Of a stretch of DNA of 64,000 bases, positions 49,814-60,464 are shown one piece after another; the stretch's first letter is position 1; every line of letters starts with the position of its first letter. A program made the position numbers and the translations under genes. This stretch comes from an uncultured Prevotellaceae bacterium. Lineage in GTDB: Bacteria > Bacteroidota > Bacteroidia > Bacteroidales > Bacteroidaceae. The stretch is from positions 7,923 to 71,922 of the forward strand of contig ONYA01000005.1 in NCBI GenBank assembly GCA_900321965.1, given 5' to 3'. Under the pieces are notes generated by a model. That model saw nothing but the letters and a program-made list of their open reading frames with translations. It had not been told where the DNA came from and searched no databases.

Positions 49814-50823
49814 ATCAGCCGAAGGTGTCGGTCATCATGGCCGTCTACAACACCGAACGCTATCTCAGGGAGAGCATCCTGTCGGTTGTCGGACAGACTT
49901 TTGACAACTGGGAGCTCATCGTTATTGACGATGGCTCAACCGACCAGTCGAAAGACATCTGCGACGACATGGGACGTCAGGATCAGCGCATCGTCGTTGT
50001 CCATAAGCCCAACAGCGGACAGGCCGACAGCCGGAATGTCGCCATCGGCATGGCACGGGGCGAATATGTGTTTTTTGTCGACAGCGACGACTGGATAGCC
50101 CCCAACACCCTTGAATATCTCCTTGACTGTCAGGCGCAAAGCAGGGCCGACGCCGTCGTCTGCAGCTACTACAAAGAACGCCCCGACACGCACGTCCACA
50201 TCCACAACGATTTCAGTGGCGTGTTCTCGCGCCAAGAAGCCATCGACATCTACTACAAGTGTAAGAACCAGACGACATACATGATTTGGGGCATACTCTT
50301 CAGCCGGGCACTCCTAAAAGTCCCGATTCCCCAGTTGCGCTATTGCGAAGACACCGCCGTCATTCTGCAATGGATTAGTCAAGCCGGCATCGTCGAGATT
50401 ACCGACAAGCCCCTCTACCACTATCGTATGCGTCAAGGCAGCATCATGCACATCGAAAAGGAAACGGAACGCGCCAAGGCTAATCTGAAAGCCTTTCAGC
50501 TGCGCAACAAGTTTATCAAACAGCACAATCTCCTACAGCAACAGGAAGCCGATGCCTACGATGCCGAAGCCTACACGTACATCACGCAGCAGTTCGTCAG
50601 GCAGTGCCCTTCGGCCGCCCGTCGTAACGACATAGCCCGAATGGCCAGCGAGATGCTACAGGAAATCATGCCTGTCGATACGAAGGACATGAAAAGACGG
50701 ACACGCCGGCGCATACTGCTCTTGGCCCGACATCCTGTACGCTTTGCCTGGCAGCTCTATCTCTCCCAATTCTTCTCGTTGAAGAAAGCAGATAAAGACC
50801 AGCCTAACGACCTGTTCGAATAG
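49789..50823 (+). CDS. GT2-family glycosyltransferase
   Basis: VSVIMAVYN, IDDGSTD, FVDSDD and YHYRMR. Confidence 0.92.
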   Translation: MEEGKQPINQPKVSVIMAVYNTERYLRESILSVVGQTFDNWELIVIDDGSTDQSKDICDDMGRQDQRIVVVHKPNSGQADSRNVAIGMARGEYVFFVDSDDWIAPNTLEYLLDCQAQSRADAVVCSYYKERPDTHVHIHNDFSGVFSRQEAIDIYYKCKNQTTYMIWGILFSRALLKVPIPQLRYCEDTAVILQWISQAGIVEITDKPLYHYRMRQGSIMHIEKETERAKANLKAFQLRNKFIKQHNLLQQQEADAYDAEAYTYITQQFVRQCPSAARRNDIARMASEMLQEIMPVDTKDMKRRTRRRILLLARHPVRFAWQLYLSQFFSLKKADKDQPNDLFE

Positions 50824-50856
50824 GGCTTCTCCTATTGCCTTTTCCATGACTACCGC

Positions 50857-52692
50857 CTACAGCTGCTGCATATCATAGAGGCGCTTGTAGTAGCCGTTCT
50901 TCGCAATCAGTTCCTCATGCTGGCCACGCTCCACGATTTCACCTTCATAGAGGACGTAGATCTCATCGGCATTCTTGATCGTCGACAGGCGGTGGGCAAT
51001 GGCAATAGTGGTACGCGACTTCATCAGGCGCTCGAGAGCCTCCTGCACCAAGCGTTCCGACTCGGTATCGAGGGCCGACGTGGCCTCGTCGAGAATCAGT
51101 ATCGGCGGATTCTTCAAGATGGCACGGGCAATGCTGACACGTTGGCGCTGGCCGCCCGACAGGCGTCCGCCCCGGTCGCCAATCATCGTGTCGTAGCCAT
51201 GCTCCGACTCCATGATAAACTCGTGGGCATTGGCAATCTTAGCGGCCTCTATGACCTGCTCCATCGTGGCATTCTCCACGCCGAAGGTGATGTTGTTGTA
51301 GAACGTGTCGTTGAAGAGGATGGCCTCCTGATTGACATTGCCGATGAGGGCACGCAACTCAGAGATTTTGACGTTCTTGATGTTTTTGCCGTCAATCAGC
51401 ACCTCACCGCTGCCCACGTCGTGGTAGCGGGGGATGAGGTCGACGAGCGTCGACTTGCCCGAGCCCGACTGACCGACCAAAGCGATGGTCTTGCCCTTGG
51501 GCACCTTCAGGCTGATATGCTTCAGCACCTGACGGTCGTCGTGATAGCTGAAGGAGACGTCGCGCAGCTCTATCTCGTTCTCGAAGGCCGGCATCGGCTC
51601 CGGACGTGCCGGTTCGCGGATGGGGTTCTCCGACTTCAGGATAAAGTCGATGCGATCCATCGACGCCAGTCCGACGGGTATCTGGTAAGTAGCCTTCGAC
51701 AGCTCTTTGATGGGGTTGATGACGCTGTAGAGTATGACCATGAAGAAGATGAAGGTGGAAGCATCTATCAGGTGCGACTCGCTGAGGATAAGATAGCCGC
51801 CAAACCAGAGTACGACCACGATGATGATGGTGCCCAGGAACTCTGACATGGGGTGAGCGGCACTCTGGCGGATGGCCATCGCGTTGACATTCTTGCGGAA
51901 CTCGTCATTGATGCCCACGAAGCGCTGCAGCATCTTCTGCTCGGCAATGAAGGCCTTGATGATACGCAGACCGCCCAACGTCTCGTCGAGCTGAGCCAGG
52001 ATGTCGCCCCACTGACCCTGCACCTTGGCCGACTGACTCTTCAGCTTACGGCTGACGGTACCCATAATCCAGCCTGCCAAGGGGGCTACGACAATGACAA
52101 ACACGGTGAGCTGCCAGCTGACGGTGAGCATGGTGGCGAAGCAGACAATGATGGCGATAGGCTGGCGGATAAGCATGTCGATACTGCTGGTAATACAGTT
52201 CTCTACCGCTCCCACGTCGGAAGACATACGGGCAATGATGTCGCCCTTGCGCTCGTCAGAGAAGAAACTCAACGGCAGGCGCAACACCTTGTCGTAGACC
52301 TCGACACGGATATCGCGAACGACGCCCGTCCGCAAGGGAATCATCACCGCTGACGAGGCGAAATAGCCCAGCGTCTTCAGACCTGTCATGATAATGAGTG
52401 CCAGACCCATATATACAAGCGTCAGGAATGCCCCGTTGATATTAATCAGTTCCTGAACCCAGGCGTAGGCATTGTTCAGCACGAGATCCTTGTCAAGCGT
52501 TTCCCACGTCCACGGCTTATAGGTGTAGACGGCAGTATCTATCTTGAACAGAATGTTCAGGATGGGGATCAGCACCATAAACGAGAACACGTTCATCCAT
52601 TGCGACAGGAAGTTCAGCACCACCGACCAGGCCAGATACTTGCGGTATGGCCTCAGGTAACGCGCCATAATGGAAAGGAATTGTTTCAACAT
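50857..52692 (-). CDS. ABC transporter, fused permease/ATPase (MsbA-like)
   Basis: TM domain, Walker A GQSGSGKST, LSGGQRQR, ILDEATSALD and IAHRL. Confidence 0.92.
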   Translation of the reverse strand: MLKQFLSIMARYLRPYRKYLAWSVVLNFLSQWMNVFSFMVLIPILNILFKIDTAVYTYKPWTWETLDKDLVLNNAYAWVQELININGAFLTLVYMGLALIIMTGLKTLGYFASSAVMIPLRTGVVRDIRVEVYDKVLRLPLSFFSDERKGDIIARMSSDVGAVENCITSSIDMLIRQPIAIIVCFATMLTVSWQLTVFVIVVAPLAGWIMGTVSRKLKSQSAKVQGQWGDILAQLDETLGGLRIIKAFIAEQKMLQRFVGINDEFRKNVNAMAIRQSAAHPMSEFLGTIIIVVVLWFGGYLILSESHLIDASTFIFFMVILYSVINPIKELSKATYQIPVGLASMDRIDFILKSENPIREPARPEPMPAFENEIELRDVSFSYHDDRQVLKHISLKVPKGKTIALVGQSGSGKSTLVDLIPRYHDVGSGEVLIDGKNIKNVKISELRALIGNVNQEAILFNDTFYNNITFGVENATMEQVIEAAKIANAHEFIMESEHGYDTMIGDRGGRLSGGQRQRVSIARAILKNPPILILDEATSALDTESERLVQEALERLMKSRTTIAIAHRLSTIKNADEIYVLYEGEIVERGQHEELIAKNGYYKRLYDMQQL

Positions 52693-52707
52693 ATTGAAGT
52701 GGTTTTA

Positions 52708-54315
52708 TTATTTTTCATACTGTTTGTCGCTACGCCATACCTCGGTACCGTCGCCGCTGTACACCTTGCGATAGCCCTGCTGCCGCATCCACGTGCTTAA
52801 CGTCTCGCGGAAGGCTTCGGTACGGCCGGTCTCGTCGTAACCGCTGAGGTAGACTATCAGCGGCAGTTGGCGGTAGTGGTCGTACTGCTCATTAAGGCGT
52901 TCTATCAGGTCGCTCTCGGTATAGGCTGTCATACTGGTATGCCCGGTGAAGGGAATCATGGCCGTGGCGTAGTAGAGTTCCGACGCCTGATTGGCAAGGA
53001 GCAGCAGTTTGTTCTCGCCGGCATACTCATTGATGAGCGCCACCTCGCGACGGTAATTCGCGGCCCGTTCAGCACTGGTCATCACGTTGAGCGTATGCGG
53101 CAGGGCTATGGTAGTGGTGGCCGTGCGATACTCGCTCTCGCCGTAAGCCCGGCTGCCCATCTTGTAAATCATGTTCAAGGCGATACAGACAATCACGACA
53201 CGTGTCACCAGACGCTGCCAATGGCTACTAAACTGGCGGAAACAGGTGGCTGCGGGAATAATCAGGAGTCCGCCACACCAATGGAGCACACCGGGTATGC
53301 TCGTGTCGCTGCCAAAGGGGAACAGATAGGCGCATGCCAGCGCATAGAAGGCCAATGGCATGGGGCGTGGGGAAATGACTATTAACAACGTACAGAAAGC
53401 CGCCGCCGAGAGATAGGGTTGGCTGGTCAGTACCAGCACAAACAACCCAATCGTCATGACAATGCGCACGATGATACGCAGTCTTGCCGATAGCAGGGCG
53501 GCATCGCCAAAGTATAATGCTATCAGGGCAATGACCAGTATCTGCAGGCCGATGTTTACATAGCTCTTCATGTAGATGCCGAAAAGCGTAGCCGCACCTG
53601 GCGATTCGCTATTGCTGGTCGTGCGGAGTGTCTCCATGAGTGCATTCGTCACATATTCTATATCGCCCATAACGACAATCACAACCACCATAGCCACCAC
53701 GGCCAACGCCATACCGCCCAAGTACAGGACGGCATTGACAACCCTCTGTCGCCACGGCGTATGACTACCCCAGAACAGCGGCAACAACGTCAAGGCCACC
53801 AGCGTAAAGAAAGCCATACGCGAGAAGAAGCTCAGACCAATCATGGCACCAGCCATAATCAACCATAACGGGGAACCGCCACGGAACCAATGCGACAGCA
53901 CATAGACCGAGACAGCCATCAGCAGGAACGACAGGGTGTCATAATGGAAAGTGATGACAAATGAGGGGAAAAGGAAACTCAGCAAGATGGCAATGACCGC
54001 CACACGTACAGACAAGAGCCAGGGTCGGAACGCCAGATAGAGCAGCCAAATGGCTGTTGCCATCGTTGCCGTCTCCAAGACGCGGAAGCCCAACAACCCG
54101 AACTGTCCGAACAGCAACTGCCAGACGCCGCCGATAAGTCCCGTCAGGTAATAGTTGAAATAGAAGGGCATGGATTCGGGATGGGTGAAGAAGTTCTGAT
54201 AGAACGTCATACAGAAGCCCGTATCGACATTGTCAATGCCCTGCAATCCCATCAGCAGCCGGTAGACGATGCCGATGAGGAATGCTACTCCGATGTATTT
54301 CTGATTCTTAATCAT
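52708..54315 (-). CDS. Polytopic membrane protein, possible GT-C-fold glycosyltransferase
   Basis: Many hydrophobic helices, acidic residues in the first loop (GIDNVDTG) and a soluble C-terminal domain. The function is inferred only. Confidence 0.55.
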   Translation of the reverse strand: MIKNQKYIGVAFLIGIVYRLLMGLQGIDNVDTGFCMTFYQNFFTHPESMPFYFNYYLTGLIGGVWQLLFGQFGLLGFRVLETATMATAIWLLYLAFRPWLLSVRVAVIAILLSFLFPSFVITFHYDTLSFLLMAVSVYVLSHWFRGGSPLWLIMAGAMIGLSFFSRMAFFTLVALTLLPLFWGSHTPWRQRVVNAVLYLGGMALAVVAMVVVIVVMGDIEYVTNALMETLRTTSNSESPGAATLFGIYMKSYVNIGLQILVIALIALYFGDAALLSARLRIIVRIVMTIGLFVLVLTSQPYLSAAAFCTLLIVISPRPMPLAFYALACAYLFPFGSDTSIPGVLHWCGGLLIIPAATCFRQFSSHWQRLVTRVVIVCIALNMIYKMGSRAYGESEYRTATTTIALPHTLNVMTSAERAANYRREVALINEYAGENKLLLLANQASELYYATAMIPFTGHTSMTAYTESDLIERLNEQYDHYRQLPLIVYLSGYDETGRTEAFRETLSTWMRQQGYRKVYSGDGTEVWRSDKQYEK

Positions 54316-54332
54316 ATTATCTTTCGAGTTAA

Positions 54333-56273
54333 TTACGGTTGCAGACGGTCTTGCGTCATGCGTTCCATATATTGTTGAATGATTGCTTTCAGTTCACGTT
54401 CCATCTTCGGCTGCTCCACCACCTTGCCTGCAAGATTATGCTGCATGAGGGAATCACGCAACGAGTAGACGGCACGGGTACGCTGGCCGTCGAACTGCAG
54501 AACGTGGCCATGCTTGACGTATTGGTAGACACCATTCAGATAGTTGACGGCCCACGTTGAGTCAGCAGGCGTGTTCAGCAAGTCGATGCCGAAGGCGAAA
54601 TAGGGGTCGGGATAGTGCAGCAGCCCCATCACCGTCGGCAGGATGTCTATCTGCTGGGCAATGGCCGGCAGGATAGCGGGCTGACGGTCGCTGCCTGGCT
54701 CATATATAATAATAGGTGAACAGAAGCCGCCGAGGTCGGTCTGGTAGACATCGTGGTCGCTCAGATTGGTATGGTCGCTGGTCATCACAAAGATGGTATT
54801 CTTAAACCACGGCTGACGGCTGGCGGCCTGGAAGAACTTGCCAAGAGCCATATCGGTATAGCGGATGCACTTGTGTATGATGATGCCCTCTTCAGGGTAG
54901 ACGGTCTTGTACTTCTCAGGCACGACGTAGGGATGATGCGACGAGGCGGTAAAGACGGCGGTCATAAACGGCTGCTTCATCTCGCTCATCTTCGTACAAT
55001 AGTATTGCAGGAAAGGTTCGTCCCAGATAGCCCACATACCGTCAAAGTCTTCATCGCCATTGAAACGTGAGTCGGCATCGAAATCCTCGCGGCCATAATA
55101 GTCTTGAAAACCCGTCTTGCGGGCAAAGGCCATAAAGCCCATGGAACCGCGCTGGGCACCGTGGAAGAAGGCTGTCTGATACCCCTTTTGGCCAAGCATA
55201 CTGGCGATGCCAGACACCTGATTCATAGATGCCGGTGTCAGGAAGAACGGCTCGACGAACATCGGTATCGACGACAGGATGCTGGGCATACCGTCGATGG
55301 ACTTCCGGCCATTGCAGAAGGAATACTCGAAAGTGGTACTCAGGGCGATGAGCGAATCGATGCAGGGGGTATAGCCCTTGTAGCGGCCGTTTTCCAAAGT
55401 GCTGTTCAAGGCGCCGATATATTCGCGGCCGAAGCTCTCAACAATGAGGACAACGACATTCTTCTTGGTCATCGGCACCGTGTCTGCCGGTACGTGGACA
55501 GGCGAAAAGACGGCGGCCATCTGCTGCTCGTCATCAAAATATTGAGGTACGACAAAGACGGCCTTGCCCACGGTACGGTAGAGCGAGAACGGCGTGTTGA
55601 GCACCAGTGCGGCATCGGTAGGACGGTCAACATACTGGTTGGCATTGGAAATAGTAATGGGGCGCACAGCGGTAGCAAAACCGCCACGGATGCCAGCGAC
55701 GACGAAGGGAGCGACAGCGGCCAGGGACAGCAGCGTCGTCAGATCGTAACGCCACCACGACAAGCGGCGGGCCTCAAGACGAGGCATGACGTATAACCGC
55801 CACAGACCGTAGACGACCACGGCGAAGAGGATGACAAAATACCAATGGCGCAGGGTCTCAGTGAACAATACACCACCGAGGTTCTGCTCGTTCTGAAACT
55901 CGCTGAAGACGGTGGTCGTCGTACGGCGCAGGGTAAAGGGGAAGTAGGCGGCATCGCAGAGATTGACTGCTAATGCCAAACCGTTGACAACGACGAAGAC
56001 CACTTGACACAGACGATGCCAGAAGCGAGTTTCCTTCCAATGTAGCGGTAGCAGCATCAACACGATGTAAGGAATGTTGGTGACGAGGATGGCCGCCGTG
56101 TCGAACACCAGTCCGCCCTGCACAACCTCCATCGTCAGACTGTCAGCAAAATAGCTCCAATTGTCGAGCAGATAGGCTACGCGGGCGATGGCATAGACGA
56201 CGTAGGCCAACAGCAGGTTGACCAGCGTTGCCGCCAAGGGTGACAGGTATGACTCCAGTATTTTCTTTCTCAT
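54333..56273 (-). CDS. LTA synthase-family (sulfatase-like) membrane protein
   Basis: N-terminal TM helices, NVVVLIVESF, TASSHHPY, TSDH and QIDILPT. Confidence 0.9.
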   Translation of the reverse strand: MRKKILESYLSPLAATLVNLLLAYVVYAIARVAYLLDNWSYFADSLTMEVVQGGLVFDTAAILVTNIPYIVLMLLPLHWKETRFWHRLCQVVFVVVNGLALAVNLCDAAYFPFTLRRTTTTVFSEFQNEQNLGGVLFTETLRHWYFVILFAVVVYGLWRLYVMPRLEARRLSWWRYDLTTLLSLAAVAPFVVAGIRGGFATAVRPITISNANQYVDRPTDAALVLNTPFSLYRTVGKAVFVVPQYFDDEQQMAAVFSPVHVPADTVPMTKKNVVVLIVESFGREYIGALNSTLENGRYKGYTPCIDSLIALSTTFEYSFCNGRKSIDGMPSILSSIPMFVEPFFLTPASMNQVSGIASMLGQKGYQTAFFHGAQRGSMGFMAFARKTGFQDYYGREDFDADSRFNGDEDFDGMWAIWDEPFLQYYCTKMSEMKQPFMTAVFTASSHHPYVVPEKYKTVYPEEGIIIHKCIRYTDMALGKFFQAASRQPWFKNTIFVMTSDHTNLSDHDVYQTDLGGFCSPIIIYEPGSDRQPAILPAIAQQIDILPTVMGLLHYPDPYFAFGIDLLNTPADSTWAVNYLNGVYQYVKHGHVLQFDGQRTRAVYSLRDSLMQHNLAGKVVEQPKMERELKAIIQQYMERMTQDRLQP

Positions 56274-56274
56274 C

Positions 56275-58101
56275 CTATTTCAATTGTTTTAAATCGTTGG
56301 CAGCCGACTGTAGCACGGCCTTACCGATATGTATCAGCTCGTCGGCAGCCGGACCACGACCTTGAATCATGCGGTCTGCCGTTAAGTCGAACACAGCATG
56401 GCCTGTACTGTCGACCACAGCGATGCCATTGTTAAAAGTATGTACGGCTACACGCCGACGGTAGTTACTGCTCAAGACGTCGCGACTGTAGCGATAGTCG
56501 GCATGCGGCAATCCCATCTGTCCGAGAAGTGTGGCAGGCAGGTCGGTCTGGTTGCACACCTGCTTCAGGCGCCGCGGCACCTTGACGGCGCCACCCGTCC
56601 ACACCATCGGGATATGGTCGTGGCGCGGGTCTTCGAAGTTGATTTCGTTATAGTCAATGCCGTGGTCGGGCAACAGGACGATGAGCAGGTTCTGCCAGGC
56701 CGGCGTCTTTCGCAAATCATCGACGAAGTTACCGATACACTGGTCCAGATAATAAAAGGCATTCTGAATCTCGTCATCAAAATGTTTCAGGGGCACGTCC
56801 CACGGTTGGTGGCTCGACAGCGTGGAGAAACCGATGAAGAAAGGCTGTTTCCGGGCGTCGTAGGCCGCAATCTGCCGAGCCAATTCCTTGAAGGTGATAT
56901 CGTCGCGGACGCCCCACTCTGCCGTTCGTTGCTCGTCGGCCGTAAAGTCTTTCTTCCACGTCAGGCTTCCAAAGCCACTGCCGACCAGATAACTGCGCAT
57001 ATTGGTGAAATTGATGTCGCCGCCATACAGATAGCTTGTTTCATAGCCTTCGCCAACCAGCGTCCGGGCTATTCCTGGCAACAGGCGCGATTTCGACGGC
57101 ATCTTCATGACCGACGAGACGGGGAACGACGGATAGCCGCTATAGGTGCAGACGGTACCGCGATCGGTACGCCACGAGTTAGCATAGCAACTGTCGAAGC
57201 TGACGTCCTCTTGCATCAAGCGTTCCAGACAAGGCATCACGTCGGCCCGCCCTTCCAAGCCGGTAAAGATGGCACCGCAACTCTCCATCAGGATAACGAC
57301 GACGTTGGGGCGCTGTGTTGTCAACAGCGTATCTATGACAATGCTCTCCGTAGGATACAATTCCGCCACCACTCGCTCGCACTCTGCATCATCCATAAAG
57401 TGGTAATCAGGCACATAGGAGGCCGTCTTCTCCATCGACGAAAGGAAACTGAACACAGGGTTCACCGCTGAATGATTCAAAAATTGGTTCTGCGAGAAAT
57501 AAACCTGTCCGACATTCGTCGTCGACTCATCGAGGCCACCGCGAATACCAATCACCATCAGCGGAATGAGCAGCAGATAAAGCAAGGTCTCACAGAACTT
57601 GGATCTATAAGACCCATAAGTCCCATAGGTCCTATAAGTCCTATAAGACCCATAAGTCCTATAAATCCCCCACCCCACAACGCCAACCGCCAACAGGCGC
57701 AGCAGAAGATAGCCCGTCGACACTGAGGCCATCGCCTCAGTAGGCGTGTCAAGATATTGCAGGCACGAAGCATCGAGCTTGAATCCCCAGAAAGGATAAA
57801 GACTTGTATCAGCGGTAAACGCCAAGGCAAAGGCCAAAGCGATTATCGCGTCATAAATGTAAAACAACCAGCGAGGCACCTTTACCCACACACTGACAAT
57901 GGTCAACAGGAAGGGCAAGGCAAGGATGTAGAGTGACGTGGAAAGGTCAAGTGACAGACCGTTCCATATCACCTGGCAGATATCAGACACGCCGAACTCA
58001 TGCCCTTCATAGTTGAAAAGCATGAACGCCACCTTTGCCGCGATAAAAATAAGAACCGTCAGCAGATAGAAGCGTAACAGATAGCAAACCCTGCCTCTCA
58101 T
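56275..58101 (-). CDS. LTA synthase-family (sulfatase-like) membrane protein
   Basis: N-terminal TM helices, NVVVILMES, RTDRG, TLSSHQPW, PDHG and QTDLPAT. Confidence 0.9.
   Translation of the reverse strand: MRGRVCYLLRFYLLTVLIFIAAKVAFMLFNYEGHEFGVSDICQVIWNGLSLDLSTSLYILALPFLLTIVSVWVKVPRWLFYIYDAIIALAFALAFTADTSLYPFWGFKLDASCLQYLDTPTEAMASVSTGYLLLRLLAVGVVGWGIYRTYGSYRTYRTYGTYGSYRSKFCETLLYLLLIPLMVIGIRGGLDESTTNVGQVYFSQNQFLNHSAVNPVFSFLSSMEKTASYVPDYHFMDDAECERVVAELYPTESIVIDTLLTTQRPNVVVILMESCGAIFTGLEGRADVMPCLERLMQEDVSFDSCYANSWRTDRGTVCTYSGYPSFPVSSVMKMPSKSRLLPGIARTLVGEGYETSYLYGGDINFTNMRSYLVGSGFGSLTWKKDFTADEQRTAEWGVRDDITFKELARQIAAYDARKQPFFIGFSTLSSHQPWDVPLKHFDDEIQNAFYYLDQCIGNFVDDLRKTPAWQNLLIVLLPDHGIDYNEINFEDPRHDHIPMVWTGGAVKVPRRLKQVCNQTDLPATLLGQMGLPHADYRYSRDVLSSNYRRRVAVHTFNNGIAVVDSTGHAVFDLTADRMIQGRGPAADELIHIGKAVLQSAANDLKQLK
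57605..57667. repeat. 9-bp tandem repeat x7, in-frame in the LTA synthase-family gene
   Basis: C(C/T)ATA(A/G)G(A/T)C units encode YRTYGSYRTYRTYGTYGSYR. Confidence 0.85.
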
Positions 58102-58111
58102 ACAAACTTAC

Positions 58112-59422
58112 TCACACTTCTTCGCCAAGCAACGTGGCACTGGTACTGGCCGTGATACGGACGCGAACTGTCTCACCGATATGGTGCTGACCCTTGTCGA
58201 AGACAACCATCTTGTTCTGCTCCGTGCGGCCACAAAGCTGTTGGCGGCTACGCTTCGAAAAGCCCTCTACCAGCACGTCGAACTCATGTTCCTCGTCTTT
58301 TTTATTCTGAAGGGCCGACATCTCGGTCTGCAAGGCGATGAGTTCGTTCAGTCGGCGGATCTTTATCTCTTCCGGCACGTCGTCGGGCAGGTGCTTCGAG
58401 GCGTATGTGCCAGGACGCTCACTATACTTGAACATAAAGGCGGAATCATAGCCCACCTCACGCATCAGCGAGAGCGACAGCTGGTGGTCTTCCTCTGTCT
58501 CCGAGCAATAGCCTACGAAAATGTCTGTCGACAGGCCGCAGTCAGGGATGATGCGACGGATGGCCGCCACACGATCCAAGTACCATTCACGGGTGTACTT
58601 ACGGTTCATCAGCTGAAGGATACGGTTGCTGCCCGACTGTACGGGCAGATGGATGTGGCGGCAGACGTTAGGCATCTCGGCAATGACGTGCAACGTCTCG
58701 TCGCTCATGTCTTTCGGATGACTTGTGGTGAAGCGCACCCGCATACCAGGGGCTGTCTCAGCCACACGGCGCAGTAATTGCGGAAACGAGTTCCCCTCGT
58801 TTCCCTGATAGCTGTTGACATTCTGTCCTAACAGCGTCACCTCCTTAAAGCCACGGTCGTTCAGGTCGCGCACTTCGCGCAAGATGCTCTCTACATCACG
58901 ACTGCGCTCACGCCCGCGCGTATAAGGAACAATACAATAGTGGCAAAAGTTATTGCAGCCACGCATAATACTGACAAAGCCGCCAATCTTATGTCCCAAG
59001 CCTATACGCTGCGGCACCACGTCGCGGTAGGTCTCTGTCGTCGACAGTTCAATATTGATGGCTTTATGCCCCAACTCTGCCTGTGCCACAAGGTCAGGCA
59101 ACGACATATATGCATCAGGACCGGCCACGAGGTCGGCACCGTACTGCTCAAGCAGATCTTCTTTAACGCGCTCAGCCATACAGCCTAAGACGCCGACGAT
59201 CAGTCGTCCGCGTTTGCGACGCTCGGCATCAAGAGCTTCTAAGCGGCGGTATATTTTCTGTTCAGCATTATCACGCACAGAACAGGTGTTCAGAAACACC
59301 GCATCAGCCTCGGCAATATCGTCAGTAGACTCATAGCCTGCCATCTGCATCACCGAAGCCACAACCTCCGAATCGGCCACATTCATCTGGCATCCGTAGG
59401 TCTCGATATACAGTTTTTTCAT
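58112..59422 (-). CDS. miaB: tRNA-2-methylthio-N6-dimethylallyladenosine synthase
   Basis: TYGCQMN, NTCSVR, radical SAM motif CNNFCHYC and a C-terminal TRAM domain. Confidence 0.97.
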   Translation of the reverse strand: MKKLYIETYGCQMNVADSEVVASVMQMAGYESTDDIAEADAVFLNTCSVRDNAEQKIYRRLEALDAERRKRGRLIVGVLGCMAERVKEDLLEQYGADLVAGPDAYMSLPDLVAQAELGHKAINIELSTTETYRDVVPQRIGLGHKIGGFVSIMRGCNNFCHYCIVPYTRGRERSRDVESILREVRDLNDRGFKEVTLLGQNVNSYQGNEGNSFPQLLRRVAETAPGMRVRFTTSHPKDMSDETLHVIAEMPNVCRHIHLPVQSGSNRILQLMNRKYTREWYLDRVAAIRRIIPDCGLSTDIFVGYCSETEEDHQLSLSLMREVGYDSAFMFKYSERPGTYASKHLPDDVPEEIKIRRLNELIALQTEMSALQNKKDEEHEFDVLVEGFSKRSRQQLCGRTEQNKMVVFDKGQHHIGETVRVRITASTSATLLGEEV

Positions 59423-59444
59423 GAGTTCTTATCTAATTTGTGTG

Positions 59445-59452
59445 CAAAGTTA
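59445..59452 (-). promoter_or_regulatory. -7 box TAACTTTG for the miaB operon
   Basis: TAnnTTTG 23 bp upstream of the start. Confidence 0.75.
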
Positions 59453-59527
59453 CAAATAAAAGGGCGAATATACAAATAAAAACCACTAAATGATTTAAAT
59501 TCGTTTCTTGTTGTCAGCTTTATTTTG

Positions 59528-59535
59528 TACCTTTG
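59528..59535 (+). promoter_or_regulatory. -7 box TACCTTTG for the yitT operon
   Basis: TAnnTTTG 21 bp upstream of ATG 59556. Confidence 0.72.
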
Positions 59536-59555
59536 CACGCAAAAAGACAGCAATA

Positions 59556-60461
59556 ATGACAGTAACGATTACCAAAGCAAGTATCGGCAAGGAATTGCGT
59601 GACTACACGATGATAACCATTGCTATGGTGAGCTACGCCATAGGATGGGGCATCTTCCTGCTGCCCAATAATATCACGACAGGCGGTGTGGCCGGCATAT
59701 CCTCCATTCTCTTCTGGGCTACCGGCATTCCGGTACAAGTCAGCTACTTTGTCATCAACGGCTTGCTCTTGGCAGCGGCCTTGCGCGTGTTAGGATGGCG
59801 CTTCTGTGTGAAAACCGTCTTTGCCGTGGCCACACTGACGGTGAGTATCAGCGTCGTGTCGTCGCACTACCACGCCCATCTGCTGGCCGACCAGCCATTT
59901 ATGGCCGCCATCATCGGTGCCGTATTTTGTGGCTGCGGTGTAGGATTAGGATTGTCGAGCAATGGCTCGACGGGCGGCACCGACATCATTGCTGCCATTA
60001 TCAACAAATACCGCGACGTGTCGTTAGGACGCGTTATCCTGATCTGCGACGTTATCATCATCAGCAGTTCCTACTTTGTACTACACGACTGGGAGAAAGT
60101 CATCTACGGCTACGTCGTTCTCTATGTCACCGCTTTCTGTATTGACCAGGTGGTGGAGTCGGCACGCCGCTCTGTGCAGTTCTTCATTATCTCGGACAAA
60201 TACGAGGAGATTGGCCAGCGCATCAACCGCGAGCCTCATCGCGGCTGTACCGTCATCGACGCCCAGGGCTTCTATTCGGGCAAAGACGTGAAAATGCTCT
60301 TCGTACTGGCCAAGCGCCGACAGAGCGACATGATCTTCCGCATTATCAACGAGGTTGACCCCCACGCCTTTGTCTCGCAGAGTGCTGTTATCGGCGTCTA
60401 CGGCGAAGGTTTCGACCACTTTAAGGTACGGACAAAGAAAGCAATACGAAATAAAGACTAA
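59556..60461 (+). CDS. YitT-family membrane protein
   Basis: TGGVAGI, GSTGGTDIIA, HRGCT..GFYS and DPHAFV..VYGEGF. Start placed downstream of the promoter box. Confidence 0.9.
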   Translation: MTVTITKASIGKELRDYTMITIAMVSYAIGWGIFLLPNNITTGGVAGISSILFWATGIPVQVSYFVINGLLLAAALRVLGWRFCVKTVFAVATLTVSISVVSSHYHAHLLADQPFMAAIIGAVFCGCGVGLGLSSNGSTGGTDIIAAIINKYRDVSLGRVILICDVIIISSSYFVLHDWEKVIYGYVVLYVTAFCIDQVVESARRSVQFFIISDKYEEIGQRINREPHRGCTVIDAQGFYSGKDVKMLFVLAKRRQSDMIFRIINEVDPHAFVSQSAVIGVYGEGFDHFKVRTKKAIRNKD

Positions 60462-60464
60462 TCA

